46,542 nucleotides of DNA from the NCBI GenBank assembly GCA_016187175.1, contig JACPKG010000003.1:1-46542 (forward strand), read 5' to 3'. Positions 29,435-38,495 of this stretch are shown here, piece after piece (the first letter of the stretch is position 1; each line of letters opens with the position of its first letter). The notes beneath the pieces are model-generated. The model had not been told where the DNA came from and ran no database searches. It worked only from the letters and a program-made list of their open reading frames with translations. The translations under genes were made by a program, and so were the position numbers. Source of the stretch: Candidatus Saccharimonadota bacterium (GTDB lineage: Bacteria > Patescibacteriota > Saccharimonadia > Saccharimonadales > UBA10212).

Positions 29435-30630
29435 ATGAATAACAAACCTCTCGCAGAAAGGATGCGGCCGCAAAGGTTGGAGGAGGTTGTTGGTCAGGCC
29501 CATGTTCTGGGCGAAGGTAAGTTATTGCATGAACTTGTCCGTGCCGGTAAGCCCTTCAGCCTGATTCTCTGGGGGCCGCCGGGTAGTGGCAAACCACTCT
29601 TGCGCGCCTAATCGCAACCGAGTTAAAGGCCGATCTCGTAGAAATCTCGGCAGTCGCTGCCGGTAAAGCCGACGTTACCAAAGTTGTTGAACGGGCCAGG
29701 GTCAACGCCCAGGGTGATACTACTCGCGGACCGCAGGCCACCATACTTTTCGTTGATGAAATTCATCGTTTTAACAAAGCCCAACAAGACGCCTTTTTGC
29801 CGCATGTAGAGTCAGGACTGGTCACCCTGATCGGCGCGACAACTGAAAATCCTAGTTTTGAAGTTATCAATCCGCTACTTTCACGCAGTCGAGTAATCGT
29901 GCTGGAGCCGCTATCAAAAACAGATGTCATCACTATTGTAAAAAGAGCTGCCAAAAGAGAGAAACTGACCTCAAAACGACTGCCGAAAGAGAGCATCAGT
30001 CTGATAGCGGAATTGTCCGGTGGCGATGCCCGAATTGCTTTAAACACTCTAGAAATGGCTCAGCAGCTGACAGAAGGTAAAATCACGACTACAGTTGTGG
30101 AAACTGCTGCTCAGCAACGTATTGCGGGGTACGACAAGCTCGGCGATAACCACTACAATATCATTAGCGCCTTCATAAAGAGTCTGCGCGGCGGATCACC
30201 CACAGCGGCGCTTTATTACATGGCGCGTATGCTTCAGGCCGGAGAAGATCCGAAGTTCATTGCCCGGCGGATGGTAGTCTTTGCCAGTGAAGATATTGGC
30301 ATGGCCGCACCGGCTGCGCTGAACCTAGCCGCTTCCACTTTCTTAGCTGTCGAGCGCATCGGTCTGCCGGAATGTCAATTTAATCTATTCCACTGCGCAA
30401 CGGTGTTGGCGCGGGCGCCGAAATCTCGTGAAGTAACCAATGCCATGAAGAAGGCTTTAATTACTGCCAAGCAGTATCCCGATCTGCCAGTGCCCTTGCA
30501 TCTTCGCAACGCACCGACAGAGTTGATGAAAGAGCTTGGATACGGCAAGGACTACCAATGGCAAGCCGGCTTTAAACATGGTAAGGGATTTTTGCCCCCG
30601 GGGCTTGAAAATACCGACTTTTTTGACTAA
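29435..30630 (+). CDS. rarA: Replication-associated recombination protein A, 1-nt frameshift at 29591-29593
   Basis: PLAERMRP, LWGPPGSGK|TTLA, FVDEIHRFNKAQQD, GATTENP, ISAFIKS, ASEDIG. Confidence 0.95.
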
Positions 30631-30671
30631 AGTAGCAACTGTTAATAACCTGACAATATCAAGAGCGCAGC

Positions 30672-30725
30672 GCCCTCCGTCGTCAAGACTATGGAGGGTC
30701 CTCCGAAGCTTTATGCGAAGGAGGA
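30672..30725. repeat. Inverted REP-like pair inside riboswitch P2
   Basis: gccctccg...actatggagggt + cctccgaagc...ggagga. Confidence 0.85.
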
Positions 30726-30754
30726 AGGGATCTAGCCCTATGACCTGCCAGCAA

Positions 30755-30813
30755 CCCCACCCAAATTCGAAGAATTTGGGTTCCCCAATTTGTGGGATAC
30801 AAATTGGGTGGGG
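30755..30813. repeat. Double-hairpin element in riboswitch P3
   Basis: cccaaattc-gaa-gaatttggg and cccaatttgt-gggat-acaaattggg closed by ccccac/gtgggg. Confidence 0.75.
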
Positions 30814-30853
30814 TGCTAAACCTAGCCCGTGAGGGAAGGATACTTAAGTCTTT

Positions 30854-30881
30854 ATCCTTTCTTACGCAGAAAGGATTTTTT
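30854..30881 (+). terminator. Riboswitch expression platform hairpin
   Basis: atcctttct-tacgc-agaaaggat plus T run; it buries the SD-like aaagga; tatcctt can alternatively pair with aaggata of P1. Confidence 0.8.
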
Positions 30882-30882
30882 A

Positions 30883-31998
30883 ATGTCTAAAACCAGGCTT
30901 TTTACCAGCGAATCGGTCTGCGCCGGCCATCCGGATAAGATATGCGATGCGATTAGCGATGCCCTTGTTGACGCCGCGCTAGCCCAGGATCCCAATAGCC
31001 ACGCCGGCATAGAAACGGTTGTCGGCGCCAATCAGGTCGCGCTGTTTGGCGAAGTCAAAACGACTGCCAAACTGGACTATGAATCAATTGTCCGGCAGAA
31101 AGTGAAGGATCTGGGCTACACTGTGCCGGCTTGGGGGTTCAGTCACGAATCCATATTTAGCAATGACATACACCAACAATCACCGGAAATTGCCATGGGG
31201 GTAAATCACGACGGCGCTGGTGACCAGGGCATGATGTTTGGCTTCGCCTGCAGTGAGACACCTGAGTTTATGCCCCTTCCGATTGCCCTGGCGCACGCGA
31301 TAGCTAGGAGCATTGACGAAGCCCGCGAAAGCGGGCAGCTAAAGTGGTTACGTCCGGACGGCAAAACCCAGGTAACTGTCCGTTATGAAGATGACCAGCC
31401 AGTGGCGGTCGAGAAACTAGTAGCCGCCGTAGCCCACGACGAGCAAACCCCACCAGAACAAGTTAGGTTAGACGTAATCAAAACAATTTTGGCACCGACA
31501 CTTGCCCGTTTTAAGTTTGGTTTACCGGCTGACGGCGATATCACAATTAACGGAACCGGGCTGTGGCATATTCCCGGACCGGAAAGCGATGCCGGATTGA
31601 CGGGGCGCAAGATCGTGGTCGACACTTACGGCGGCTACGCCAGGGTCGGAGGCGGTTGTTTTTCTGGCAAAGACCCCACTAAGGTGGATAGAAGCGGCGC
31701 TTACGCCGCCCGCTTCATTGCTAAAAACATCGTGGCGAGCGGCCTGGCTAGCAAGTGCGAGGTCGGTCTGGCATATGTCATTGGCAAGCCTAAGCCGCTG
31801 ATGCAGACAATTGATACGTTCGGTACGTCCAAGCTCAGCCAGGCAGCGCTCTTGGATTTTAAAGACAAACTGATAGACACATCGGTTAGGGGCGTAATCG
31901 AGCGACTTAACCTGCGCCAACCAATTTATTCACAGACTTCGGCCTATGGCCATTTTGGCAAGCCAGGCCTGCCATGGGAAGAGACCGTTGAGTCTTAG
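30883..31998 (+). CDS. metK: S-adenosylmethionine synthetase
   Basis: FTSESV..GHPDK, GAGDQG, RPDGK, GLTGRKI, GGGCFSGKD. Confidence 0.98.
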   Translation: MSKTRLFTSESVCAGHPDKICDAISDALVDAALAQDPNSHAGIETVVGANQVALFGEVKTTAKLDYESIVRQKVKDLGYTVPAWGFSHESIFSNDIHQQSPEIAMGVNHDGAGDQGMMFGFACSETPEFMPLPIALAHAIARSIDEARESGQLKWLRPDGKTQVTVRYEDDQPVAVEKLVAAVAHDEQTPPEQVRLDVIKTILAPTLARFKFGLPADGDITINGTGLWHIPGPESDAGLTGRKIVVDTYGGYARVGGGCFSGKDPTKVDRSGAYAARFIAKNIVASGLASKCEVGLAYVIGKPKPLMQTIDTFGTSKLSQAALLDFKDKLIDTSVRGVIERLNLRQPIYSQTSAYGHFGKPGLPWEETVES

Positions 31999-32005
31999 TG
32001 CAGGG

Positions 32006-32629
32006 TCATACAGTTATTTTTCGCCGGTAACTATCAATCAGAAAGACGGCTAAGCTAAGTCCGTAAAAATACCAGACATATCTAAACCAGCCGTGCTGCA
32101 ATTGTGAACCTAATCGCAGGGCATGAAAATAAATGCCAATCAGCGCCAAGTCCGCCAACGTTTCCATGTATTTCCACCAGCTTTTTTGTCGGTACCTGTA
32201 TCGCAGTTCGTAGGCAATAAATACTAGCCACGCTGTGGAGCTGATAAGCACAGCCCAGCGGGCTGCCGGCACGACGTAGTGCTGCCAATAGCTCTCCGGC
32301 GGCAGTCCAAAACCGTCGCGCCACAGCTGCCAAACCAACAGACCAGGATGGAGCAAAATGGCGGCCAGAATAACCAAAGGGATAACTTTATAATATTGCG
32401 ATAATCCTAAGTTGCCTACCTGCCAGCGGCGGCGACCAAAGCCAACAGCGTACATCGACCACATCAAACTAAAAGCTAGCAAGCCCAATAAAGGAAAGAT
32501 TCCGTAGGTTGATAAGCTACCTAGTTGCCAGCCAATGCCTTGGCCCCACGCCAAGATTGCTAAAACAGCTACCGTAGCAGTTACTGTCCAGGCCAAGAAA
32601 GTAAAATTTTGCTCACTAAACTTCACCAA
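32006..32629 (-). CDS. Membrane protein, ferric-reductase/cytochrome b-like TM domain
   Basis: About six TM helices, GLLAFSL, His in LLHP and YFHAL; family tentative. Confidence 0.65.
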   Translation of the reverse strand: MVKFSEQNFTFLAWTVTATVAVLAILAWGQGIGWQLGSLSTYGIFPLLGLLAFSLMWSMYAVGFGRRRWQVGNLGLSQYYKVIPLVILAAILLHPGLLVWQLWRDGFGLPPESYWQHYVVPAARWAVLISSTAWLVFIAYELRYRYRQKSWWKYMETLADLALIGIYFHALRLGSQLQHGWFRYVWYFYGLSLAVFLIDSYRRKITV

Positions 32630-32652
32630 TCTTAAATTATACGCGGTTTTGG

Positions 32653-32681
32653 TTGACGAGATGTTAGCTTAAGCATAAAAT
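32653..32681 (+). promoter_or_regulatory. Sigma70 promoter with leaderless start
   Basis: TTGACG-17 bp-TAAAAT, ATG 32689 seven nt later. Confidence 0.75.
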
Positions 32682-32688
32682 TACTGGC

Positions 32689-33387
32689 ATGAGAATAACC
32701 CTGCTGGCGTTTTACGTTTCGCTCCTTTTTTTACTTAGTGCGGCCGTACCAGTTATAGCTGAAAATGAAAATGGTAGTTCGGGCTCGTCGAGTTCTAGTG
32801 CTAGTGAAACCCAAAAGGAAACTGCCAAGAAAGAGGCAGAGGCTAAACGTGAAGCGGCTAAGAAAGATTTTGAAGCCAAACGCGAGGCCGCCAAAAAAGA
32901 CTACGAAGCCAAACGCGAGGCCGCCAAACAAGAAGCCGAAGGTAAACGTGAAGCTGCCAAAAATAAACTGGAAGAACAGAAAAAGAAACTTAAGGATGAC
33001 AAACTGAAGATTTGCCAAGAGCGCGAAGACAAGATAAATGACTCCATGGCACGCATTGGCGAGAGAGGCCAGAATAAAATCGACTTGTTTAGCGCGATTG
33101 CCGACCGCACCAAATCCTTTTATGTATCTAAGAGTAAAGTCCTGGCTAACTATGATGCCTTAGTGGCCGCCGTAGAGGCCAAAAAGGCAGCAGCCCAGAC
33201 AGCTGTTGATACCGTAATATCCACCAGCGTGACATTTGATTGCGAAGCCGATGACCCTAAAGGTACAGCCAGTGAGTTTAAGACTAATGTCAAAGCCATG
33301 CATGACGCCCTGAAGCAGTACCGGACCGCCGTTAAAAACTTAATCGTTGGTGTCAAATCCGTCCAGAGCACCGAGGGGAGTCAGTAA
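32689..33387 (+). CDS. Secreted coiled-coil protein with 11-aa repeats
   Basis: Signal peptide, Ser linker, KKxxEAKREAA x4, two Cys. Confidence 0.85.
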   Translation: MRITLLAFYVSLLFLLSAAVPVIAENENGSSGSSSSSASETQKETAKKEAEAKREAAKKDFEAKREAAKKDYEAKREAAKQEAEGKREAAKNKLEEQKKKLKDDKLKICQEREDKINDSMARIGERGQNKIDLFSAIADRTKSFYVSKSKVLANYDALVAAVEAKKAAAQTAVDTVISTSVTFDCEADDPKGTASEFKTNVKAMHDALKQYRTAVKNLIVGVKSVQSTEGSQ

Positions 33388-33668
33388 TGAAACGACTACC
33401 CCAAAAAGGTTTCGCTCTGTTTGAGATGGTAGTCATTGCCGCTCTTTTAACCATAGTGGTGCTTGGTGGCTGGAATATTTATGAGCGTAGCCAAAAACCT
33501 GGTTCAGTTAGTACTTCCAAGACTACGTCGCTTAAAGCTATACCCGAAGCCCCGGCGGAGCTTAGTAGTACGGCTGATCTAACTAAGGCTTCTGAAACTC
33601 TAGATGAAGTTTCGCTAGATAGTGACAGCGAAACTGCGCAGTTAGATAAAGAACTAGCCAGTTTTTAA
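33387..33668 (+). CDS. Small type IV pilin-like protein
   Basis: Class III signal QKG-FALFE followed by a hydrophobic helix; start overlaps the upstream stop (TAATG). Confidence 0.75.
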   Translation: MKRLPQKGFALFEMVVIAALLTIVVLGGWNIYERSQKPGSVSTSKTTSLKAIPEAPAELSSTADLTKASETLDEVSLDSDSETAQLDKELASF

Positions 33669-33709
33669 ATTCATGACGAGGAGGAGCTTAGGCACTTCCA
33701 CCTCAGGGT

Positions 33710-33734
33710 GGCAGTTGTAGCAACTGTTGTTTTT
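33710..33734 (+). terminator. Possible intrinsic terminator
   Basis: ggcagttg-tag-caactgtt followed by gttttt. Confidence 0.45.
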
Positions 33735-33772
33735 GTAAAAATTCGGCTTTTATGGTACAATAAAGTAAATTG

Positions 33773-34303
33773 ATGAGTGATCAACCAAAAAACAATTCCA
33801 AAATCAGCGGCAACTATGCCTTTATTGATGGCCAAAACTTAAATATGGGCATCAAAAAGCTGGGCTGGAATTTAGATTTTCGTAAGTTCCATCTGCATCT
33901 TCAGCGGAAGTATAACGTCAAAAAAGCTTACTTTTTCCTCGGTATGGTAGAAGACCAAGCCGACCTTTATGCTAACTTGCAATCTATGGGCTACAAATTG
34001 ATTTTGAAACCCTTAGTTGAACATAAAGAGGGCACGGTTAAAGGCAATGTTGATGCCGACTTGGTGCTGCATGTCATGATTGAGTATCCGAACTATGAAA
34101 AAGCGATCATCGTGTCTGGCGATGGCGATTTTTATGGACTTTACGAACATCTGCAGAGCCAGGACAAACTGGGACGTATTATCGTCCCCAATCGCCAATA
34201 TTCAAGCCTGCTTAACAGTTTTTTGCCGCATATCGACCGACTTGATGGACTTAAACGTCACCTTGCTTATAAAAAAGTACCCAAATCTACAGGGGTCGCT
34301 TAG
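33773..34303 (+). CDS. NYN/LabA-like PIN-fold protein
   Basis: AFIDGQNL, KGNVDADL, IVSGDGDF. Confidence 0.92.
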   Translation: MSDQPKNNSKISGNYAFIDGQNLNMGIKKLGWNLDFRKFHLHLQRKYNVKKAYFFLGMVEDQADLYANLQSMGYKLILKPLVEHKEGTVKGNVDADLVLHVMIEYPNYEKAIIVSGDGDFYGLYEHLQSQDKLGRIIVPNRQYSSLLNSFLPHIDRLDGLKRHLAYKKVPKSTGVA

Positions 34304-35480
34304 CCACGCAAACTGGACAGGTCTCTTCTGTCTCCAGACTGGCTTGCCAGCGTTTGGTCGCTTGCCGCCAAGGTTCAAACTCTCGGTAAGCCATAAAGTC
34401 GGCGGCGCTGCGGACCATCCAACCCAGAAATCCATAAATATGAACTCTATCCCACAACAAAGCTGCCCAACCCGGCCCGATGGGCATGACATAAATTGGT
34501 TTTTTAGGTTTATAACCTTGAGGCTGCTTGTTCTCTACTTGGCGTTTCAGATTTTCGGCCACAAATTTCCCATCATACAGAGCCGTTTGGGCCATGCCTG
34601 AATACGGCGTGTCGGCGTTGTCGCCAATGATATAAATATTGACGTCGGCTTGTAAATATGTATCAACTACAGCCCTGCCATGATCGCTGAGGGAAAAATT
34701 ATTGTCTGCTAAAAAGGGATGATTGGTGACGCCAGCCGTCCAGACAACCGTGTGGCTTTTTATTGAAAGATCAGTCACCATAAGCTTATCGGCTGTTTCG
34801 GCCTTGACCGTTTCGCCAAGGTGTAGTTTGATGCCTAGCTGGCGCAGCCTTTTAGTGACAGCACGCGAATAACTCTTGGGCATACGCGGTAGCAATCGTT
34901 TTTCAGCTTCAACTAGATCTACATGGATTGGCCGATCGGCTAAGTTATGACGTTTCATAATATGCCGTATGTAATCTGGCAAAGCACCAGCCAGCTCTAC
35001 GCCGGTCGGTCCGCCGCCAATGACCACATAGTTAATATCGGGTTTTTGTTTCTCTATTAGTAGTTTGTGAAGATGGTCGCGCAGTCTTCGCGATTCTTCA
35101 ACTGTCTTGATACCGTAAGCATATTTATCTAGACCTTTAATGCCAAAAAAGTTAGTCACCACGCCCAGAGCAATGACTAAAATGTCGAAGTTATACTTTT
35201 GGCCGCTGGCGCCGGCAACGATTCCGGCTTGGCGATCAAGAGTCTGAACGCTGTCATATACGATGTCCACATTTTTGTCCGCAAAAATTTCCGCTAACGG
35301 TATTTGCGAAGCGTCCCGGCGCCCGCCGGTAGCAATTCGGTAAAGCTGCGGATAATATCTAAAAGTTTTCTGGTCGGAGACGAGTGTCACATTAAATAAC
35401 GGATGCTCAGAAAGCTCTAGGGCGGTTTTTATACCCCCAAAGCCGCCGCCTAAAATTAGTATTTTTTGCCGGTTTGCCAT
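34287..35480 (-). CDS. ndh: Type II NADH dehydrogenase-like FAD oxidoreductase
   Basis: ILGGGFGG, VIGGGPTGVELAG, VWTAGV, IGD, MAQTA. Confidence 0.85.
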   Translation of the reverse strand: MANRQKILILGGGFGGIKTALELSEHPLFNVTLVSDQKTFRYYPQLYRIATGGRRDASQIPLAEIFADKNVDIVYDSVQTLDRQAGIVAGASGQKYNFDILVIALGVVTNFFGIKGLDKYAYGIKTVEESRRLRDHLHKLLIEKQKPDINYVVIGGGPTGVELAGALPDYIRHIMKRHNLADRPIHVDLVEAEKRLLPRMPKSYSRAVTKRLRQLGIKLHLGETVKAETADKLMVTDLSIKSHTVVWTAGVTNHPFLADNNFSLSDHGRAVVDTYLQADVNIYIIGDNADTPYSGMAQTALYDGKFVAENLKRQVENKQPQGYKPKKPIYVMPIGPGWAALLWDRVHIYGFLGWMVRSAADFMAYREFEPWRQATKRWQASLETEETCPVCVAKRPL

Positions 35481-35564
35481 TGCCTTTAGTCTAGCTTAAA
35501 AATAATTGCTTTTAAAATCAGTGACGTGGTTAAATTATCTTTTAAACTGGGGCTTAATGTAAAC

Positions 35565-36995
35565 GTGGCCAAAAAAGAGCTGTCAAAGCACGCTCAGAAT
35601 AAATGGGTAATCTTAGCACTACTGGCGCTAGCCTTCTTTATGGTTGTGCTAGACGTAACAATCGTTAATGTTGCCCTACCTAGTTTAGCTAGGGAATTAA
35701 ACTTTGCAGCTAATAATTTACAATGGGTAATAACCGCTTATTCCATTACGTTTGGCGGTTTTTTGTTACTTGGTGGCCGGATGGCCGACCTATTTGGCCG
35801 GCGTGAAATTTTTATGTGGTCCGTAAGTTTTTTTGCCGCAGCCTCACTGCTTTGTGGTCTAGCGCAATCTGAGTTATGGCTAATAATCACCCGCGGCATC
35901 CAGGGTCTGGCGGCAGCTTTTATGACCCCGACGGCCTTATCAATTGTCTTGACCGAGTTTGAGGAGGGCAAAGAACGTAACAAGGCTCTGGGCGTCTGGT
36001 CGGCAGTCACTGCCAGTGGGGCGGCCGTTGGCGTCCTGCTGGGCGGGATCTTGACAGAGTATCTAGGCTGGCGCTGGAACTTCTTTGTTAACGTGCCGGT
36101 TGCCGCCCTAGTGGTACTATCCGCCGCTTACCTTCTACCAAGGCAGATTGGTGAAGAGAACAAAAAAGTTAAATTAGACAGCTTTGGAGCTTTAGCGGCA
36201 ACTGGTGGCCTGATGGCTTTAGTTTACGCCTTATCTCGGGTACCAGTTAGCGGCTGGGGTTCGAAGTCGGTCCTGGTATTTTTAAGTATCAGTGTTGTTT
36301 TGTTGGCTATTTTCTGGCGTGATGAAGCAAGATCAAAGCAACCCTTATTGCCACTGGCTTTGTTTAAATCCCGTAACGTCAGCGGCGGCAACTGCATCGC
36401 TCTAATTATTGCTGCCAGCATGTTCGCCATGTTCTTTTTCATGACTTTGTATGTCCAAACCATTTTAGGCTACTCACCTATCAAAGCCGGGGCTAGCTTC
36501 CTGATAGTGCCTTTTATTATCGCGCTTTCCGCAGGCCTGGCCTCGCAACTAGTGTCGCGGATTGGTTATAAACCGTTGCTCCTCATCGGCCCCTTTTTGC
36601 TATCAGTTGGCCTATTTATAAATTCCCAAATAGTTAAGGTCGGCGGCGATTACTGGCATAACCTGGCTCCCGGTTTAATAGTTTCGGCTATTGGTATGGG
36701 TTTGTCCTTTGTGCCCCTGACACTGGCCGCTACTTCTGGCGTGCCACACAGATACTCCGGTTTGGTTTCGGGTGTCTTAAATACCGCTCAACAAATTGGC
36801 GGGGCGATTGGTCTGGCCATACTTTCGGCGGTGGCCAACTCAGTCACCATTGCGGCGGTGACAGCCGGTAAATCTGTTCCGGAGGCTCGGGTTGCAGGTT
36901 TCCAAAGCGGTTTTTACATTGGCGTAGTTTTTGCCATAGCCGCAATGTTAGTTGCGGGCGCTGTGTTGAGAGATCCGAACTTGCAAAAAAGATAG
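35565..36995 (+). CDS. MFS drug exporter, DHA2/EmrB-QacA family
   Basis: LDVTIVNVALP, GGRMADLFGRR, WRWNFFVNVP, QQIGGAIG; start uncertain (35526-35565). Confidence 0.93.
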   Translation: MAKKELSKHAQNKWVILALLALAFFMVVLDVTIVNVALPSLARELNFAANNLQWVITAYSITFGGFLLLGGRMADLFGRREIFMWSVSFFAAASLLCGLAQSELWLIITRGIQGLAAAFMTPTALSIVLTEFEEGKERNKALGVWSAVTASGAAVGVLLGGILTEYLGWRWNFFVNVPVAALVVLSAAYLLPRQIGEENKKVKLDSFGALAATGGLMALVYALSRVPVSGWGSKSVLVFLSISVVLLAIFWRDEARSKQPLLPLALFKSRNVSGGNCIALIIAASMFAMFFFMTLYVQTILGYSPIKAGASFLIVPFIIALSAGLASQLVSRIGYKPLLLIGPFLLSVGLFINSQIVKVGGDYWHNLAPGLIVSAIGMGLSFVPLTLAATSGVPHRYSGLVSGVLNTAQQIGGAIGLAILSAVANSVTIAAVTAGKSVPEARVAGFQSGFYIGVVFAIAAMLVAGAVLRDPNLQKR

Positions 36996-37012
36996 GTCAA
37001 AAAGTCGGATAT

Positions 37013-37426
37013 CTAGGTATTTCGGCAGTTGGCACACCAACCATAGACTTCCAGAGAATGTCCTCGTGGCGAAAAGCCTTCTTTATTGGTCAGACTGTCA
37101 ATCATTGTTTCTAGCATTGGGTTAGACGGCAGATCCATGGTCTTGCCGCAGTTTGTGCAGTACATGTGATGGTGGTGTTCTAAAAAAACATCAGACAGCT
37201 CAATCTTATACTTCCAGCCGATATTAAGACGGTGGGCTATTCCGAGTCGTTCAAATAGCTCTATGGTTCGATAAACACTGGCTCGATCGACCTCGCCAGC
37301 CGCCCGGCGGACTAACACCTGCATAGTCTGGGGTTCCTGATTGAGCAACAGGTCAAATATCTTTTTACGTGGTTGCGTCAAACTGGCGTTGTTTTTCTTC
37401 AGTAGGGCGGCTAAATCATCGTACAT
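37013..37426 (-). CDS. Fur-family regulator, probably Zur
   Basis: TQPR, ASVYRTI, HHHHMYCTNCG, CANC; divergent from a ZIP gene. Confidence 0.92.
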   Translation of the reverse strand: MYDDLAALLKKNNASLTQPRKKIFDLLLNQEPQTMQVLVRRAAGEVDRASVYRTIELFERLGIAHRLNIGWKYKIELSDVFLEHHHHMYCTNCGKTMDLPSNPMLETMIDSLTNKEGFSPRGHSLEVYGWCANCRNT

Positions 37427-37446
37427 ACAGCAATTTTACATAAAAC

Positions 37447-37461
37447 TGCGACAAATTTGCA
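37447..37461. promoter_or_regulatory. Candidate Fur/Zur operator
   Basis: TGCGA-caaat-TTGCA dyad between the divergent genes, upstream of -10 TAGAAT (37481). Confidence 0.55.
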
Positions 37462-37492
37462 AATAAGCATTTTAAAAATATAGAATACGATC

Positions 37493-38218
37493 ATGCTAGT
37501 TTTTCTATTATCTGTTGTTGCCGCTTTAGCGGCACTGTTAGGTGGACTAGCCGCTATTCGCAGCCGCAGCAAGCTATATCTGACACTCGGCTTTACGGCC
37601 GGCATAATTTTGGGACTAGTAGCTTTTGATCTATTACCGGAAATATTTCATATCAGCCAATCCACCGGTTTAGATATTACCTGGCCGATGCTGGCGCTTG
37701 TTTTAGGCTTCCTGCTTTTCCATATTGTAGAAAAATCAATCTTGATTCATAGCTCTCATGAATCGCGGTATGGTCCCCATCAGCATCCTCACGTCGGCAT
37801 AGCGGGAGCTGTAGCCTTATCCGGGCATAGTTTTTTAGATGGGGCCAGCATTGGTGTAGCCTTTCAAGTCAGCACAGCTGTTGGGATAGCTGTGGCAATT
37901 GCGGTCATTGGCCATCGTTTTGCCGACGGTTTTAACACCACCAACGTTATGTTATTCCACCAAAACAAACCAAGCAGGGCCCAAAAAATGTTGCTGGTCG
38001 CGGCTGTCATGCCAATATTGGGTGGTTTGTCAACACTGTTGTTTTCTTTATCCGAAAGTGTATTGGCAATTTACCTTGGCTTTTTTGCCGGTTTTTTGCT
38101 CTACATCGGCGCCAGCGACATTTTGCCCCAAGCCCACTCCAAGGGCTCATCCCGCTGGACAATTCTACTGACAATCCTAGGTGCGGCCTTTATGTTCGGG
38201 GTCACAAGACTTGCGTAA
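37493..38218 (+). CDS. ZIP family metal transporter
   Basis: DLLPE, His-rich loop, HSFLDG, HRFADG, DILPQAH. Confidence 0.93.
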   Translation: MLVFLLSVVAALAALLGGLAAIRSRSKLYLTLGFTAGIILGLVAFDLLPEIFHISQSTGLDITWPMLALVLGFLLFHIVEKSILIHSSHESRYGPHQHPHVGIAGAVALSGHSFLDGASIGVAFQVSTAVGIAVAIAVIGHRFADGFNTTNVMLFHQNKPSRAQKMLLVAAVMPILGGLSTLLFSLSESVLAIYLGFFAGFLLYIGASDILPQAHSKGSSRWTILLTILGAAFMFGVTRLA

Positions 38219-38437
38219 TTTTTGGTATAATATAGACGGACCAAGAGTGGAATAGGATAGGTACACCTAACGGGTACACCGCATTTCATGAAATCAATGG
38301 CCGTCAAAACTATATGGCGATCAAGGTTTGGGTATCTTGGAAAATTGTTTCAAAGTAGAAGTTGCTGAGGAGATACATAGTTGTTTCAAGAAAGTGTACT
38401 TTCGCCAAAGCTATCGAAACGAGCAGGCCCTCCAAAA

Positions 38438-38468
38438 ACAACGAAGCGGTTCATCACCGCTTCGTTGT
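38438..38468 (-). terminator. Perfect 13-bp hairpin with U tail on the minus strand
   Basis: acaacgaagcggt-tcatc-accgcttcgttgt preceded by an A run. Confidence 0.55.
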
Positions 38469-38495
38469 CCATAAATCAATGAAAGGAAAGCCACT

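Larger units (their letters stand above)
30655..30843 (+). ncRNA. SAM-I (S-box) riboswitch with two repeat insertions
   Basis: tATCAAGAG, P2 gcag/ctgc with AGGGATCTAGCCCTATGA, GCAACC...GGTGCTAA, pseudoknot ctag/ctag, P4 ccc-gtga-ggg, GATA; immediately upstream of metK. Confidence 0.85.

Noticed and set aside
30536-30882. 98-aa ORF and the N-terminal extension of MetK
   Set aside because: They run through the riboswitch and repeats; MetK homology starts at ATG 30883
32825-32960. 33-bp DNA repeats as a mobile or CRISPR-like array
   Set aside because: They are codon-level repeats of an 11-aa coiled-coil unit with synonymous variation
38235-38468. T-box, SRP RNA, tmRNA, RNase P or 6S RNA
   Set aside because: None of the diagnostic motifs found (GGTGGNACC, SRP GGAA loop with CAGG/AGCA, tRNA-like ends, GAGGAAAGTCC, end-to-end pairing)
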